A stretch of DNA of 64,000 nt from Octopus sinensis (lineage: Eukaryota), in NCBI RefSeq assembly GCF_006345805.1, contig NC_042998.1:25234001-25298000 (forward strand). Direction: 5' to 3'. Of this stretch, positions 1 to 12,344 are shown piece after piece (the first letter of the stretch is position 1; the number at the start of each line of letters is the position of its first letter). Below the pieces are notes generated by a model. It was not told the DNA's origin and did no database searches. It saw only the letters and a program-made list of their open reading frames with translations. A program made the position numbers and the translations under genes.

Positions 1-484
1 TATTTTTAATATAAAGTAGATGTCTGAGTAGCTAAGAGTGGATTTCTTCACTCAGCTGGTCTTATTATCTGCATACACTGCAAGAACATCATGTGACCAG
101 CACTTATACACCAAATATGATATTCACTTAATATTATTGAATATGCCTGTTATTCAGACCTAACGAGATATCTCAATTTAAGTACCTAATTCAACTGAAT
201 CTTAATTGTAAGTATATATATGTGTGTATATATATATGTATATAATATTTGGCATGCAGTTCGACAAATTATATTCTTGACAGACTCTACTGATGATCTG
301 CGAATTAATTGTGTAAGTAAAATTGCATAATTTATTAACAGTGAAACAATTGTATAGGGTTAATCTATATTTTTGCTATTTTTCATTTGTCCTGCCCGCT
401 TACGTTCATGGTGTGCTGAATTTTTTCTTGAGAACAACTTTTAGTGGCTAGCGTAAGGGAGTTCGCTTTTAGTGGATTCCCTCT

Positions 485-488
485 TATA

Positions 489-549
<61 letters not shown>
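485..549. repeat. (TA)n microsatellite
   Basis: Near-pure TA dinucleotide run directly left of the foldback element. Confidence 0.95.
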
Positions 550-554
<5 letters not shown>

Positions 555-963
555 TAAATTAGAGATAAAACCACTATTAGGCAAATCATACAATGAAAAA
601 CTTAAGCCAATACATAAGATTAATTAATTTATATTATTTAAATATATAACAAAATTATTAAAAAAATATAATTAATATAACACTACGATCGTTTCATGGC
701 TGTTAATTCTTCAAATTTTCGAGTTACAATTGATTAAACCTCGCTTAGTTAAATATTTAAACCACCTGATGAATGACTGTAACTCGAAAATTTAAAGAAA
801 TTAACAGCCATGAAACGATCGTAGTGTTATATTAATTATATTTTTTAAAATAATTTTGTTATATATTTAAATAATATAAGTTAATTAATTTTATGTATTG
901 GCTTATGTTTTTCATTGTATGATTTGTCTAATAGTGGTTTTATCTCTAATTTAATATAATATA
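545..963. mobile_element. Foldback with ~185-bp inverted arms; probable Penelope-like inverted pseudo-LTR remnant
   Basis: 545-728 is the reverse complement of 778-963 with few mismatches, around a 49-bp spacer. A hammerhead motif starts in the spacer and runs into the right arm. Confidence 0.7.
761..828 (+). ncRNA. Type I hammerhead ribozyme motif
   Basis: CTGATGA 766-772; stem II ATGACTGT/ACAGCCAT (7 of 8 bp); GAAAC 812-816; palindromic GATC loop; GTA cleavage triplet 821-823; stem I AAC(C)AC/GTGTT. Confidence 0.75.
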
Positions 964-1046
964 ATATTTTACTATAAAATTGGATTCAATCCTAAATCTG
1001 ATTTTCCACTGTAAGTTTGGTTTTATTCCCTAATATTTATTATTAT

Positions 1047-2335
1047 AAAGGGAGCCGCGAAGACCCGCTTAACTACCGACCGGTTTCCCTTACATCAATT
1101 ATCAGCAAGATGTTCGAAACCATCCTTAAGAAAAGTATGATGCTCCACCTCCTAAACACGGCCTCTATCTCTGATTCCCAACACGGCTTCGTGCCGAAGA
1201 GATCATGCTTGACCAACTTACTAGTAATGGAAGAATTGGTGACGCGCATCCTCGATGATAGTGATGCTGTTGACATCGTTTTACTGGACTTTGCCAAAGC
1301 TTTTGACTCGGTAAACCACCGCCTATTACTTGTCAGCTTCAAGCATATAGTTTCCATCCGGATATTGTACGATGGGTTGGTGCCTTCCTCTCAGATCGCT
1401 CCTTCCAAGTCCAAGTTAATGGTTCGCGGTCCGACGTCTCCAGTGCGAGCAGTGGCGTGCCTCAAGGTTCAGTGCTTGGGCCCTTGTTGTTCTTAGTCTT
1501 CATAAATGACTTGCCCGACGACCTCACGCAACACACCCTTCTATTTGCCGACGATATCAAACTGGTCGCTCCTCGCGGTAATATAGAGGATCTTCGTCGA
1601 TGCCTCCACCAAATTTGGAAGTGGTCTAACGATTGGGACCTGTGTCTGAACGTGTCAAAGTGCTGTCATCTGCCTGTCGGCTCTACTCCTGCAACTCAAC
1701 TTGATTTCGAGCCGGGTCGTCTGCTGCTGGAGAGGACCGATCAGGTAAAGGACCTAGTGGATTCCTCCTTTTCGCCTTCGGCCCAGTGCGTCCATGCTGC
1801 CAACAAAGCACGCGGAATTCTGTTCTTGATTCGACGGTCATTCGGAATGCTCACAGCAGCCATATTCCTACCACTCTATGTCACGCTGGTGAGACCCATA
1901 TTGGAGTATGGGATTCAAGCCTCTTCTCCTTATCTCCTCAAAGACATACAGCATCTCGAAAGAGTCCAGAAGCTGGCTACCCGCATGGTTCATGGTTTCA
2001 AAAATTTGTCCTACGAAGAAAGGCTGAGGACGCTCGACCTTTATTCTCTTGAAAAACGCCGCCGCCGTGGTGACCTCATTCTCGCCCACAACATCATAAG
2101 CGGAAAGTGTAACCTCTCGAAAGAGCTGTTCTTCACTCCTGCTCCAGAGCGTCGGCTGCGGGGTCATTCTGAAAAGCTCTACCTGCGACGATTTCATCTC
2201 AATCGAAGGAGAGGAGCTTTCTCCGTCCGGGTTGCGGATCCGTGGAACAAGCTGCCAGACGAGATGGTGAAGATGCCGACGACCGCTTTGTTCAAAGCCT
2301 CCCTTGACCTCAAGTGGCCTGAACTCTTTACATGA
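1047..2335 (+). pseudogene. Disrupted LINE reverse transcriptase
   Basis: Relative to copy 2: a 1-bp deletion near 1334 (TGTCAGC vs TGTCAAGC) splits ORFs 1017-1496 and 1457-2335, and a 9-bp deletion gives KDLVDSS instead of KDLGILVDSS. Confidence 0.92.
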
Positions 2336-2415
2336 ACACCACCCTGTACTTAACTCCATGTCCCCCTACATGGCCTTGCTATTTGCTTTTGAGCCAAATT
2401 AACTAACTAACTAAC
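1047..2415 (+). mobile_element. CR1-clade LINE, 5'-truncated, copy 1
   Basis: RT motifs YRPVSLTS, FAKAFDSV, PQGSVLGPLLF, LFADD and a CR1-type C-terminus; 3' UTR ends in a (TAAC)n tail; matches 19448-20911 in reverse complement. Confidence 0.95.
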
Positions 2416-2622
2416 ATATATATATATATATATAATTATATATATATATATCAACAATAATAGTGATTGTTACTTATTAGGAACAAGAGGGTTAATAGGA
2501 CTGCAAAAGAAGTGCTTAAATGAATGAGACGAGTATAACAAACTTTGGATGTAGAACAAACAACAAATTTAAGGTCAACCACTTAACATATCACATCTCA
2601 AACATAGTAACGAAAGGGTTAA

Positions 2623-3682
2623 CTCTTTCGTTGCTATATTTCTGACCAAAATACACCCCTTATGTGTTTCAATTAATTTCTAACATAATCATAAATTTAG
2701 TCTGGTTTCATTAAACAACTATAACTTTTTTACTTATCAATATATTAATGTGATTTTTGGAAGATAATTTAATGAAATGTTCTCAACCAATTCTATGCTA
2801 TAATTTTGTGACAAATGACTCTAATTGCAGGTAGATACAGGTAAATTCAACAAAATATAAAATTATTAAAATTTTGTTCAAACATCGCTATAGAAAATGG
2901 GTTATTAGCTAATATTCAATTGGGTATACAACAAAATTTTACGATAGAATTTGTTATTCTGGGTAACTTTCTGATACCCATAATAATATTTATGGCAAAA
3001 TAGTCTTAATTTCATTTAAGGTTATGGGAAACCACTAACTATCCTTTCTTTCGTTTTGTTTACATTTAGCGTAACGGTTCGTTTCCGCCGTAGTGATTTC
3101 AGATAGGCTCATTCGAAAAAGTAAAAAGAAATAGTCTTCTGGGAAAGTCTGTGGCTTGGTCCAGTTTCTTCAGAAAATCACCGAAAGAAACAGTTTTTAA
3201 ATTTTCACTCCATTCAGATGCCAATTCATTTTCTTTATCGCTCTCGGAGATCTCGGATTCACTGTTTTCACTTTCGGAAAATGAAACATCAGATTCATTA
3301 TCAAATACCACATGCTTTTTTTTTTCAGTTATAGAGTTAGATTTATGAAGGTCTTCAGTAGAAAATCCCTCGAATTCTGACTCGCTGCTTGATATAATGA
3401 AATTCGTATCCATTTTTTGTCAGAATTACAAATTTTGAAAACACAATAAGAACAAATTTCGGAAAAAAATCTCCCAAAATTCACGGAATTAAAATTACAC
3501 TTTGATTTTTGTACAAAACTGTAGTTGAACTCTTTACAAAGTATAATACGTATTTTCACGAATGTACTAAAGAGATTTGCTCTGATATTCTCATTTAAAT
3601 ATGAATAGGTAAATTGGGGCGGTTTGGTCACATTAACCAAAATTTTTTTCGGGCGGTTTCGGGCGGTTTGGTAACGAAAGGG
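2623..3682 (-). mobile_element. piggyBac-like internally deleted element
   Basis: TTAA at 2619-2622 and 3683-3686; TIRs CTCTTTCGTTGCT and GGTAACGAAAGGG; three subterminal GGGCGGTTT repeats; contains transposase N-terminus. Confidence 0.88.
2945..3413 (-). pseudogene. piggyBac (PGBD-type) transposase N-terminal fragment
   Basis: Acidic N-terminus (SSSESEFEGFS...WSENLKTV), then after frameshifts PEDYFFLLF...ETNRYAK...WFPITLNEIK and AINIIMGIRKLPRI, which follow the PGBD motif order. Confidence 0.8.
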
Positions 3683-4297
3683 TTAATCACATATAAAGAA
3701 ACATAATGTTCTTTCTTAAACATAGAATATGGATGCACAAAATCACAGAAGATGAAACAATATTTCATTTAGACAACCATATAGAAAAAAGTGAGTACTG
3801 CCTATCGCAATATAAAAAATTAAAAAATTAATACTTCAGCGTCTAAAAATTATACAAGAATTAAAAAAAATATATACAGTACACTTCTGTTTCTACTTTG
3901 CAGATTTTCACCTATTGTGGGGTGTTTTGGAACATAACACCTGCAGTATATATATATATATATATCATTAATACGTATACGCATGTACATATGTATGTAT
4001 GCATGTACATGTTTTTGTGTGTGCAGATGTGTGTTTCTGTGTATCTTCACATTGACACCATTTGAGCAAAATTAGTGAAGCTTGACTATGTCTTCTGTAA
4101 TGAATAGCTTCCATAGTCCAGCGGTTTTAATGGTTTTGATAGGTGAAGGTCAGTGAAATAAAAATGCTTTATTTTGAAACAACAGTTAGCAATAGGAAGA
4201 GCATCTGGCTATAGAGGGCTGCTTCGTTTAGTCTTGTCTAACCCATGCTAGTTCAGAAAAATGGACATAAAACAACAATGCATGCATAAATACATGC

Positions 4298-4330
<33 letters not shown>

Positions 4331-4950
4331 TACACTCTCTCTCAGACACACTCACATACATAACAAAAGCTGGGTTATCAACCCTATAACATTAAGTAAA
4401 TATGGTGTGCCTTTCACATTCTGGTTTTCCCATTTTCACAACTTCCTGTTGGCAGCTTACAAACTTGAAATAAGCAAATCCCAAATGAGTCTTAAGAAAG
4501 CAAAGCCGATTGGTTTGATCACCTCTCCAATCTCTTTAAAGCCTCGAAGATGAATTTTCCATTGGGCCTAATTTTACACCGAGACTAAGAAGTACAGACC
4601 GCTGTCACACAGCCACACCTCTTTGTAATCCAGGTTCCATTGGTATTCAGTTTAAAAGGGAGTAATTATGTTTCAATGCTTAAATGGAGTATTTAGAAAG
4701 AAAACGAAGTGGAAATATTGCTTATGGTTACTTTAATATGACTGTCCTCTAAGAGACAATGATACTGCTATTTTAACCCCAAGAAGATACCTCTTCCAGC
4801 TGGTTTATTTAGTGCACTTCTAACATTTGATATTTATTGCAAGTGGGAGATAACTCCTGGTAAACTAGCTCCAAAACAAACCAGATTATGTGGTTTTGAT
4901 CTGTATTGGATCTTCTTGGTAAAGGAAAAAAGAAACAATATTAGTCAATG

Positions 4951-5292
4951 AAGATACATGGCTGAGTGGTTAGAAAGTCAGGATTATAATCATGAGATAA
5001 TGAGTTCGAATCCCGGACTGGGCTGTGTGTTGTGTTCTTGAGCAAGACACTTTATTTCACATTACTCCAGTTCACTCAGCTGTAGAAATGAGTTGCAATG
5101 TTACTGGTGCCAAACTGTATCGGCCCCTTTGCCTTTCCCTTGGATAACATTGGTGGTGTGGAGAGGGGAGGCTATTATGAATGGGTGACTGGTGGTCTTC
5201 TATCAACAGTCTTGCTCACATGAGCCTCAGAGGGAAACTATATAGGTGCAATCCCATGGTCATTCATGAGTGAATGGAGTCTTTACCCTTTT
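4951..5292 (+). mobile_element. SINE family E (tRNA-like head plus TTGTGTTCTTGAGCAAGACAC core)
   Basis: A-box-like TGGCTGAGTGG, B-box-like GAGTTCGAATCCC; core shared with 13341 and 21279. Confidence 0.75.
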
Positions 5293-5329
5293 ATCCTGTT
5301 TATTAGTCAATGATTAATATTATTTCTAG

Positions 5330-5745
5330 GCAAGGCAGCAAGCTGGCAGAATCGTTAGCACACTGGGTGAAGTGCTTAATGGCATTTCATCTGCCGTTAC
5401 ATTCTGAGTTCAAATTCCGCCGAGGACAACTTTGCCTTTCATCCTTTCGGGGTCGATTAGATAAGTACCAGTTATGCACTGGGTCGATGTAATCGACTTA
5501 ATCCCTTTGTCTGTCTTTGTTTGTCCCCTCTATGTTTAACTCCTTGTGAGCAATAAAGAAATAAAAAAACCTTAGCACGCTGGGCGAAATGCTTAGTGGT
5601 ATTTTATCCGTTTTTATGTTCTGAGTTCAAATTCCGCTGAAGTCAACTTTGCCTTTCATTCTTTCAGGATCGATAAATTAAGTACCAGTTGTGAACAGTG
5701 GTTGATCTAATCGACTGGCCCCACTCCTCCAAAATTTCGGGTAGA
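5330..5745 (+). mobile_element. SINE family B, tandem copies
   Basis: GGCAGCAAGCTGGCAGAATCG head and GCCTTTCATCCTTTCGGGGTCGAT core, repeated throughout the window. Confidence 0.8.
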
Positions 5746-6002
5746 AATGAACGTTATTTCTAGGCTTTTTGATAGTGAAAGTATAGGAAATTGGACTTGT
5801 TGTGACTTAGTTAATACACGATAAAATCTAATGATAACTCTAATTTATTGTTTCTCTATCAGATAGAAAATCTCAGTTGTACAATAATATATTTGAAAAT
5901 TAAAACAAAGTAGTCTCTTGATAGTTGGTTAATTTTAAAGATGGAGGATGTGTTTTCATGATTTCTTCCAATGAGTTTTAAGAAGAAAGAAGAAAGTGTA
6001 GT

Positions 6003-6365
6003 TCTTTTATCTTTTACTCGTCTCAGTCATTTGAAGTTTGGCCATGCTGGGGCATCTCCTTAAAGGGTTTTAGCTGAACAGATTGATACCATTACTTATT
6101 GTTTCAAATCTGGTGTTTTTTTTCTATCAGACACTTTTGCCAAACTGTTAAGTTACAAGGATATAAACAAACCAACATTGGTTGTCAAGAGCTGGCATGT
6201 GGACAAATAGGTACAAAGCCACACCCACACACTCACACACACACTCTCACACACACTCACACACACACACACATTATGGGCTTCCACACAGATTTCATCT
6301 ACCAAATTTACTCACAAAGTATTGGTTGGCCTGGGGCTATAGTAGGAAACACTTGCCAAAAGTAC
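6003..6365 (-). mobile_element. Diverged SINE family A
   Basis: Reverse-complement A tail and head with internal (CA)n. Confidence 0.65.
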
Positions 6366-6559
6366 TGTATAAAACAATTTCGCTAAATATGAAAGGGTTT
6401 ATGAAATATAGGAGTTTCTATTCAGTTATTTATTTACTTATTTGCTTACAAAGCAAAGAAACCGCAAATAAGAAGGGTCACAACTTATAAGAATAATGTA
6501 AAAATTTAAAACTAAAACTGAGCTAACAGGTTGACTTATGTAAAAGACTGGTTAAAACA

Positions 6560-6860
6560 ACAAATGATAATTCAGATATGATGTCATTTTATAAACATTA
6601 ACAGATGGTTTGGCATATCAGGGTAGACTAGACTGTTAGAAAGAAAAAATGGTGCTATGAATATACGTCTTGTGGAAAGTATGCTTGCTGAAAGAGAGTT
6701 AGGTGCTCACTGTATTTGTAATTTAGTCGGAATTTAAATATTGTACGAGAAAATTCTGTTGGAAATACAAGACTTGTGCACAAAACCGCACGTTATAAAG
6801 TAATTGAATATAATGAAACAGGAGCTGGAAATATCGAGTCATCATGAGGAATGAGAGAGT
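6560..6860 (+). pseudogene. Possible highly decayed RTE LINE C-terminal fragment
   Basis: Purine-rich tract with an RWFG-like motif (AGATGGTTTGGC); many stops. Confidence 0.3.
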
Positions 6861-6971
6861 AAAATAGATAAGGGCATGTGTATACTCAGGTCAAGTAGTA
6901 TTACTACAGTATGTATGTCTATGTGTATAAATACATACATATATATATATGTGTGTGTATATATATATATA

Positions 6972-7357
6972 GGTGCAGGAGTGGCTGTGTGGTAAGTAGC
7001 TTGCTAACCAACCACATGGTTCCGGGTTCAGTCCCACTGTGTGGCATCTTGGGCAAGTGTCTTCTGCTATAGCCCGGGCCGACCAATGCCTTGTGAGTAG
7101 ATTTGGTAGACGGAAACTGAAAGAAGCCTGTCGTATATATGTATATATATATACATATGTGTGTGTGTTTGTGTGTCTGTGCTTGCTTGAGAAACGATGC
7201 TGGTGTGTTTACGTCCCCGTCACTTAGCGGTTTGGCAAAAGAGACCGATAGAATAAGTACTGGGCTTACAAAGAATAAGTCCCAGGGTAGATTTGCTCGA
7301 GTAAAGGCAGTGCTCCAACATGTCCTCAGTCAAATGACTGAAACAAGTAAAAGAGAG

Positions 7358-7358
<1 letters not shown>
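6972..7358 (+). mobile_element. SINE family A, full length
   Basis: GGTGCAGGAGTGGCTGTGTGG head, GGTTCAGTCCC B-box, internal (TA)n(TG)n, and GACTGAAACAAGTAAAAGA tail. Confidence 0.88.
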
Positions 7359-7425
<67 letters not shown>

Positions 7426-7443
7426 AAAGTGTCTAAGTATTTA

Positions 7444-7648
7444 TATACAGAGTGGTGACCCTTGATAGGATCTCTTAGATGCTAGAAAGGGCTGCCAAAC
7501 CCAAACCATGAATAAAATATTCCAAAGAGAACGAAAACAAAAATTGTTTATAGTTAACACCAAACACGATTTTTTTTTTTGTGGTTTAGGTTTGGCTACC
7601 CTTTCTAGCATGTAAGGCATCCTGTCAAGGGTCACCTCTCTGAGTATA
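7444..7648. mobile_element. Short foldback / MITE-like element with ~65-bp inverted arms
   Basis: 7444-7508 pairs imperfectly with 7582-7648; TA-rich flanks. Confidence 0.65.
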
Positions 7649-7797
7649 AATACTTATACTCTCTTATATATGAAAATATGTTTGTCTATTTTATTATGCA
7701 TGGTAGCTACCTGTATGAAAATGTTTCCAAATTTTTTACCCTTATAATTTTCACAGTATATATATATATCTATTTATATATATCGCCATGATAGCTT

Positions 7798-7972
7798 GGT
7801 AGACACTACACACATTTTTTTTCTCTCCTTGTTTCTTTCTGTATTCCTTTCCGTGGAAGAGCGTAGGCTCGAAACATTAAAGACTTTTTCAATTCCTGAG
7901 CATTATACTAATACATCTGTTTGTTTTCTACACCACCTGTCTTCGTGTTTTGTTTTTTTCGTGAACTCTCCC
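7798..7972 (+). mobile_element. ~180-bp element carrying a hammerhead-like variant motif, copy 1 of 3
   Basis: Homologous to 37196-37348 (-) and 46402-46580 (+); motif CTTT-CCGTGGA-A-GAGC-GTAG-GCTC-GAAAC-ATT-AAAG at 7847-7882. Confidence 0.7.
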
Positions 7973-8825
7973 TATATATACATCATGCTCACACACACAC
8001 ACATATATATATATATATACTGCGAAAATTATATATATATATACATATGTATGTATGTACATACATGTGCACACAGCACACACACATATATGTATACAAT
8101 GCATCATTTTTCTTTCTTGGAGAATTTTGTATTCTTTAGAAACTTGCCACACAATTCCCAACCTGATTGCCTTTTCCCTTTTAATTCAATGGTTTTCATT
8201 GGTTACCCATGCAACTTGTTTCTGAATTGCTTTTGAATGTACCCAAGACTACATAGAATATAAGCTTACAATTAACTTATATTTTCTTGCTAGATAGATA
8301 TTATGATTTTGCCATGTAGTTCTTCATTCTTTTCTTTTTTTTTTCTTTGATATATTTTGATCATTGGTTCATTATACTTTTCAATAGATTGATGATGGCT
8401 TTTCTACTCAATGTGACATTCTCATAAAGTTATCTGTCAAGTCTTATATAAGTAATTCAATTTTCTTTTGATTTTTTTCCAATTACTTTCCGGCAAAATC
8501 GCCTTCTATTTTGTTATATTTGTCTGTTGTAATTCTTCATTTAGCATTGAATGTTGCTTCACCCTCTGTGAGATCTGACAGAAGAGAACTCGATCAAAGG
8601 CATTCAAGACATGACTAGCCCCTCTAGGACTACATTATTCAATATGGCCTTCCATTTTCAAGTAGGCAGAGTATAATCTAAAGGAAACCTAGCTGATATT
8701 TCTAGTTGGTTAAACAACTGTACAAGGAGCCCATTTAAATAGTGTTCTGTTTGTCAGTAAAAGTACTTTACTTTTGGAATGTGCTACTCTTTATGGTATC
8801 AGTTTGTCGAAATAGGGGAAATGTA

Positions 8826-9453
8826 TCTCTTTTACTTGTTTCAGTCATTTGACTGTGGCCATGCTGGAGCACTGCCTTTAGTTGAGCAAATCGACCCCAG
8901 TACTTATTCTTTGTAAGCCTAATACTTATTCTATCGGTCTCTTTTGCCGAACCACTAAGTTACTGGGACATAAACACACCAGCATCGGAGCTGGCAGAAA
9001 CGTTAGCACGCCGGACGAAATGCTTAGCAGTATTTCATCTGCCGTTACGTTCTGAGTTCAAATTCCGCCAAGGTTGACTTTGCCTTTCATCCTTTCGGGG
9101 TCGATAAAATAAGTACCAGTTATGCACTGGGGTCGATGTAATCGACTTAATCCATTTGTCTGTCCTTGTTTGTCCCCTCTGTGTGTAGCCCCTTTTGAGC
9201 AGTAAAGAAATAGGTTGTCAAGCGATGTTGGGGGTACAAACACAAACACACAAACATATACACACACATACATATCTATATACATATATACGACAGGCTT
9301 CTTTCAGTTTCCATCTACCAAATCCACTCACAAGGCTTTGGTTGGCCCGAGGCTATAGTAGAAGACACTTGCCCAAGGTGCCATGCAGTGGGACTGAACC
9401 CAGAACCATGTTGTTGGTAAGCAAGCTACTTACCACACAGCCACTCCTGCACC
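8826..9453 (-). mobile_element. SINE family A interrupted by a family B insertion
   Basis: A-family sequence GCATCGG|TTGTCAAG is split by a B copy. Confidence 0.85.
8989..9213 (+). mobile_element. SINE family B nested in family A
   Basis: AGCTGGCAGAAACG...AAAGAAATAG. Confidence 0.85.
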
Positions 9454-9950
9454 TATAAGTAGGGGAAATGTAAGAAAATATTCTTGACATATGATGAGTT
9501 ATTAGGAGTAGAATGAATCTCCAAGCTAGCGAAGACTGCAATAGCTTTGACCCAAAGTTGAAGCTATTTTCTCATTTATATTATAGTTTAATGCTTTCGA
9601 AAATTACATGAATGTCGGAATTCACATGTCCTTATTATCATTAAGTAAATAAGTATAATCAATCATTTATAAATTCCAAGTAATTAAGTAGTAAATAATT
9701 ATTTGATAGCTAAATCTCCATGACCAAAATTTTTAAAGAAATAGACTGCCAAGGAATTTTAATAACCACACTGCCAATGTGCAGGGCTGGATTATGATGC
9801 AAAAAGGCCTTAAGCACTTAAAAGATTTTTGTGTCCCCATGTATATGTAATTCAAAATATAAACAATAATAAACCATAAAAATAAATTTTTTATTTTTCA
9901 AAACGACACAAAACTAACAGTGAGATGGGAAATAATGTTTATTTTTGTAT

Positions 9951-10374
9951 ACTCTTTACTCTTTTACTCTTTTACTTGTTTCAGTCATTTCACTGCAGCC
10001 ATGCTGGAGCACCACCTTTAATCGAGCAACTCGACCCCGGGACTTATTCTTTTGTAAGCCCAGTACTTATTCTATCAGTCTCTTTTGCCGAACCGCTAAG
10101 TAACGGGGACATAAACACACCAGCATCGGTTGTCAAGCAATGCTAGGGGGACAAACACAAACACACAAACACACACACGCATATATATATATATATATAT
10201 ACATATATGTACGACGGGCTTCTATCAGTTTCCGTCTACCAAATCCACTCACAAGGCTTTGGTCGGCCCAAGGGTATAGTAGGAGGCACTTGTCCAAGGT
10301 GCCACGCAGTGGGACTGAACCCGGAACCAAGTGGTTGGTAAACAAGATACTTACCACACAGCCACTCCTGCGCC
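9951..10374 (-). mobile_element. SINE family A, full length
   Basis: Tail to head in reverse complement, ending CCACTCCTGCGCC. Confidence 0.88.
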
Positions 10375-10395
10375 TATACTTACCCTTCATTTATA

Positions 10396-10626
10396 TATTT
10401 CTTTACTGCCCACAAGGGGCTAAATATAGAGGGGACAAATAAGGACAGACAAATGGATTAAGTCGATTACATCGACCCCAGTGCAAAACTGATACTTTAT
10501 TTATCGACCCCGAAAGGATGAAAGGCAAAGTCAACTTCATCGGAATTTGCACTCAGAACGTAAAAGCAGACAAAATACCGTTAAGCATTTCACCCGGCGT
10601 GCTAATGTTTCTGCCAGCTCGCTGCC
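10396..10626 (-). mobile_element. SINE family B
   Basis: Reverse complement of the B consensus seen at 8989. Confidence 0.82.
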
Positions 10627-10872
10627 TTATTACCCTTCATTTATATTTGGAAAGCTTTCTTCTACTTTTATTTAATTGAAAAGTCTTTAATACCTTGATG
10701 CCCTAAACACATGCTTATTTTGCTTAATGGTTAATCCAGCACTGCCAATGAGTTTCAAGAAATAATATACGATGATGATGCCTATGAATTTCAAGAAATG
10801 AAAGAACTTAAAATACAAAATTGCTGACCGTTAGTAAGGAGAGACACACAAATAAGAAAGAAGAAAGCAAAG

Positions 10873-10915
10873 GACCACTGATGAGGCCACATAAGTGTGA
10901 TGAAAGAACTCTGGC
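10873..10915 (+). ncRNA. Degenerate hammerhead ribozyme motif
   Basis: CCA-CTGATGA-GGCCAC-ATAA-GTGTGAT-GAAAG-AA-CTC-TGG. Core intact; stem II partly broken. Confidence 0.45.
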
Positions 10916-11372
10916 TGAAATAAGATTAAGATTAATGTCAAAAATACATAAAGCTGAAGCAAATTAACACCAAGTATATAGTGCGTGTGTTTTTATTGGC
11001 TAAAGTGGCAACATGACCATTCCTAAATACAAAAACAAAGCACTTAAGAGTTTTCAGCAAATGAAATAAACTCCTATATCTTTAGAGAATCTGGATGGGA
11101 TTAGCTAAATAATTAATCCTGACATTTATTAAGCTAGTATTAGGAATATATCTTAACAAAAGCTTCTTACGAAGAATTACAATGAAAGGTTATAATTTGA
11201 ATATGAATCCTGTAAACTGAACGGATTTATAACATGGAATCATAACAGTCTCAGGTGGTTTGGAATCAAAGAGATTAAACCTGATATTTTCTTTCAAGTG
11301 AAATAAAATTATTTTTGAGCTTTTTTCTTTTTTCATTTATCCCTGTTACATAAGATCATCATCTTTACTATA

Positions 11373-11780
11373 GGCATAGGAGTGGCTGTGTGGTAAGAAG
11401 CTTGCTTACCAGCCACATGGTTTCGGGTTCATTCCCACTGTGTGGCACCTTGGGCAAGTGTCTTCTCCTATAGCCTTGGGCCGACCAAAGCCTTGCGAGT
11501 GGATTTGGCAGACAGAAACTGAAAGAAGCCCATCGTATATATGTATATATATGTATGTGTGTGTATATGTTTTGTGTCTGTGCTTGTCCCTCCAACATCG
11601 CTTGACAACCGATGCTGGTGTGTTTATGTCCCCCGTAACTTAGCGGTTCAGCAAAAGAGACCGATAGAATAAGTACTAGGCTTACAAAGAATAAGTCCTG
11701 GGGTCGATTTGCTCGACTAAAGGTGGTGCTCCTGCATGGCCACAGTCAAATGACTGAAACAAGTAAAAGAGTAAAAGAGT
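11373..11780 (+). mobile_element. SINE family A, full length
   Basis: Head, internal microsatellite and (GTAAAAGA)n tail. Confidence 0.88.
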
Positions 11781-11821
11781 TACTATCATAACTAACTCAA
11801 TAGATTCTATGCTTTATTTAC

Positions 11822-12200
11822 CTTTTTACTTGTTTCAGGCATGAGACTGTGGCCATACTGTAGCATCACCTTGAAAACTTTTTATTTGAATGAATCAACC
11901 CCTAGGACTAATTATTTTTTTTTAAGTTTGGTATTTATATTATTGATCTATTTTGATGAACTACTAAGTTACAGGGACATAAATATGCCAACACTAGTTG
12001 GCAAGCAGGGGTGGGGGACAAACGCACACACTCACACACACACATTCAATGGGCTTCTTTCAGCTTCATCTACCAAATCCACTCTCAAAGCTTTGGTCAG
12101 CCTAAGGTTATAATACAAGACACTGGCCCAAGGTGCCAAGCAGTGGGACTGAACTTAAAACCATATGGTTTTGGAAGGAAACTTCTTACCACTGGGCTTC
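11822..12200 (-). mobile_element. Diverged SINE family A
   Basis: Reverse-complement tail and head. Confidence 0.6.
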
Positions 12201-12344
12201 ACCTGAATGTAATAGACTCTTTAATTCTTTCTAGGGTCTAATGACAAAATTATACATTTTAACTGCTTGTAACCATTTTATTACTAATCACTTTACACAG
12301 ACATATACAGAGAAATGTAACTATGATATTTGCATTCAATTTAT

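Noticed and set aside
289-330. CTGATGA near the window start
   Set aside because: No convincing stem II or GAAA.
4440-4540. ETS-like and two CCAAT-like motifs as a possible promoter
   Set aside because: Short motifs expected by chance; no downstream exon found.
6972-7040. tRNA-like A and B boxes at SINE heads
   Set aside because: No complete cloverleaf; these are SINE promoters rather than tRNA genes.
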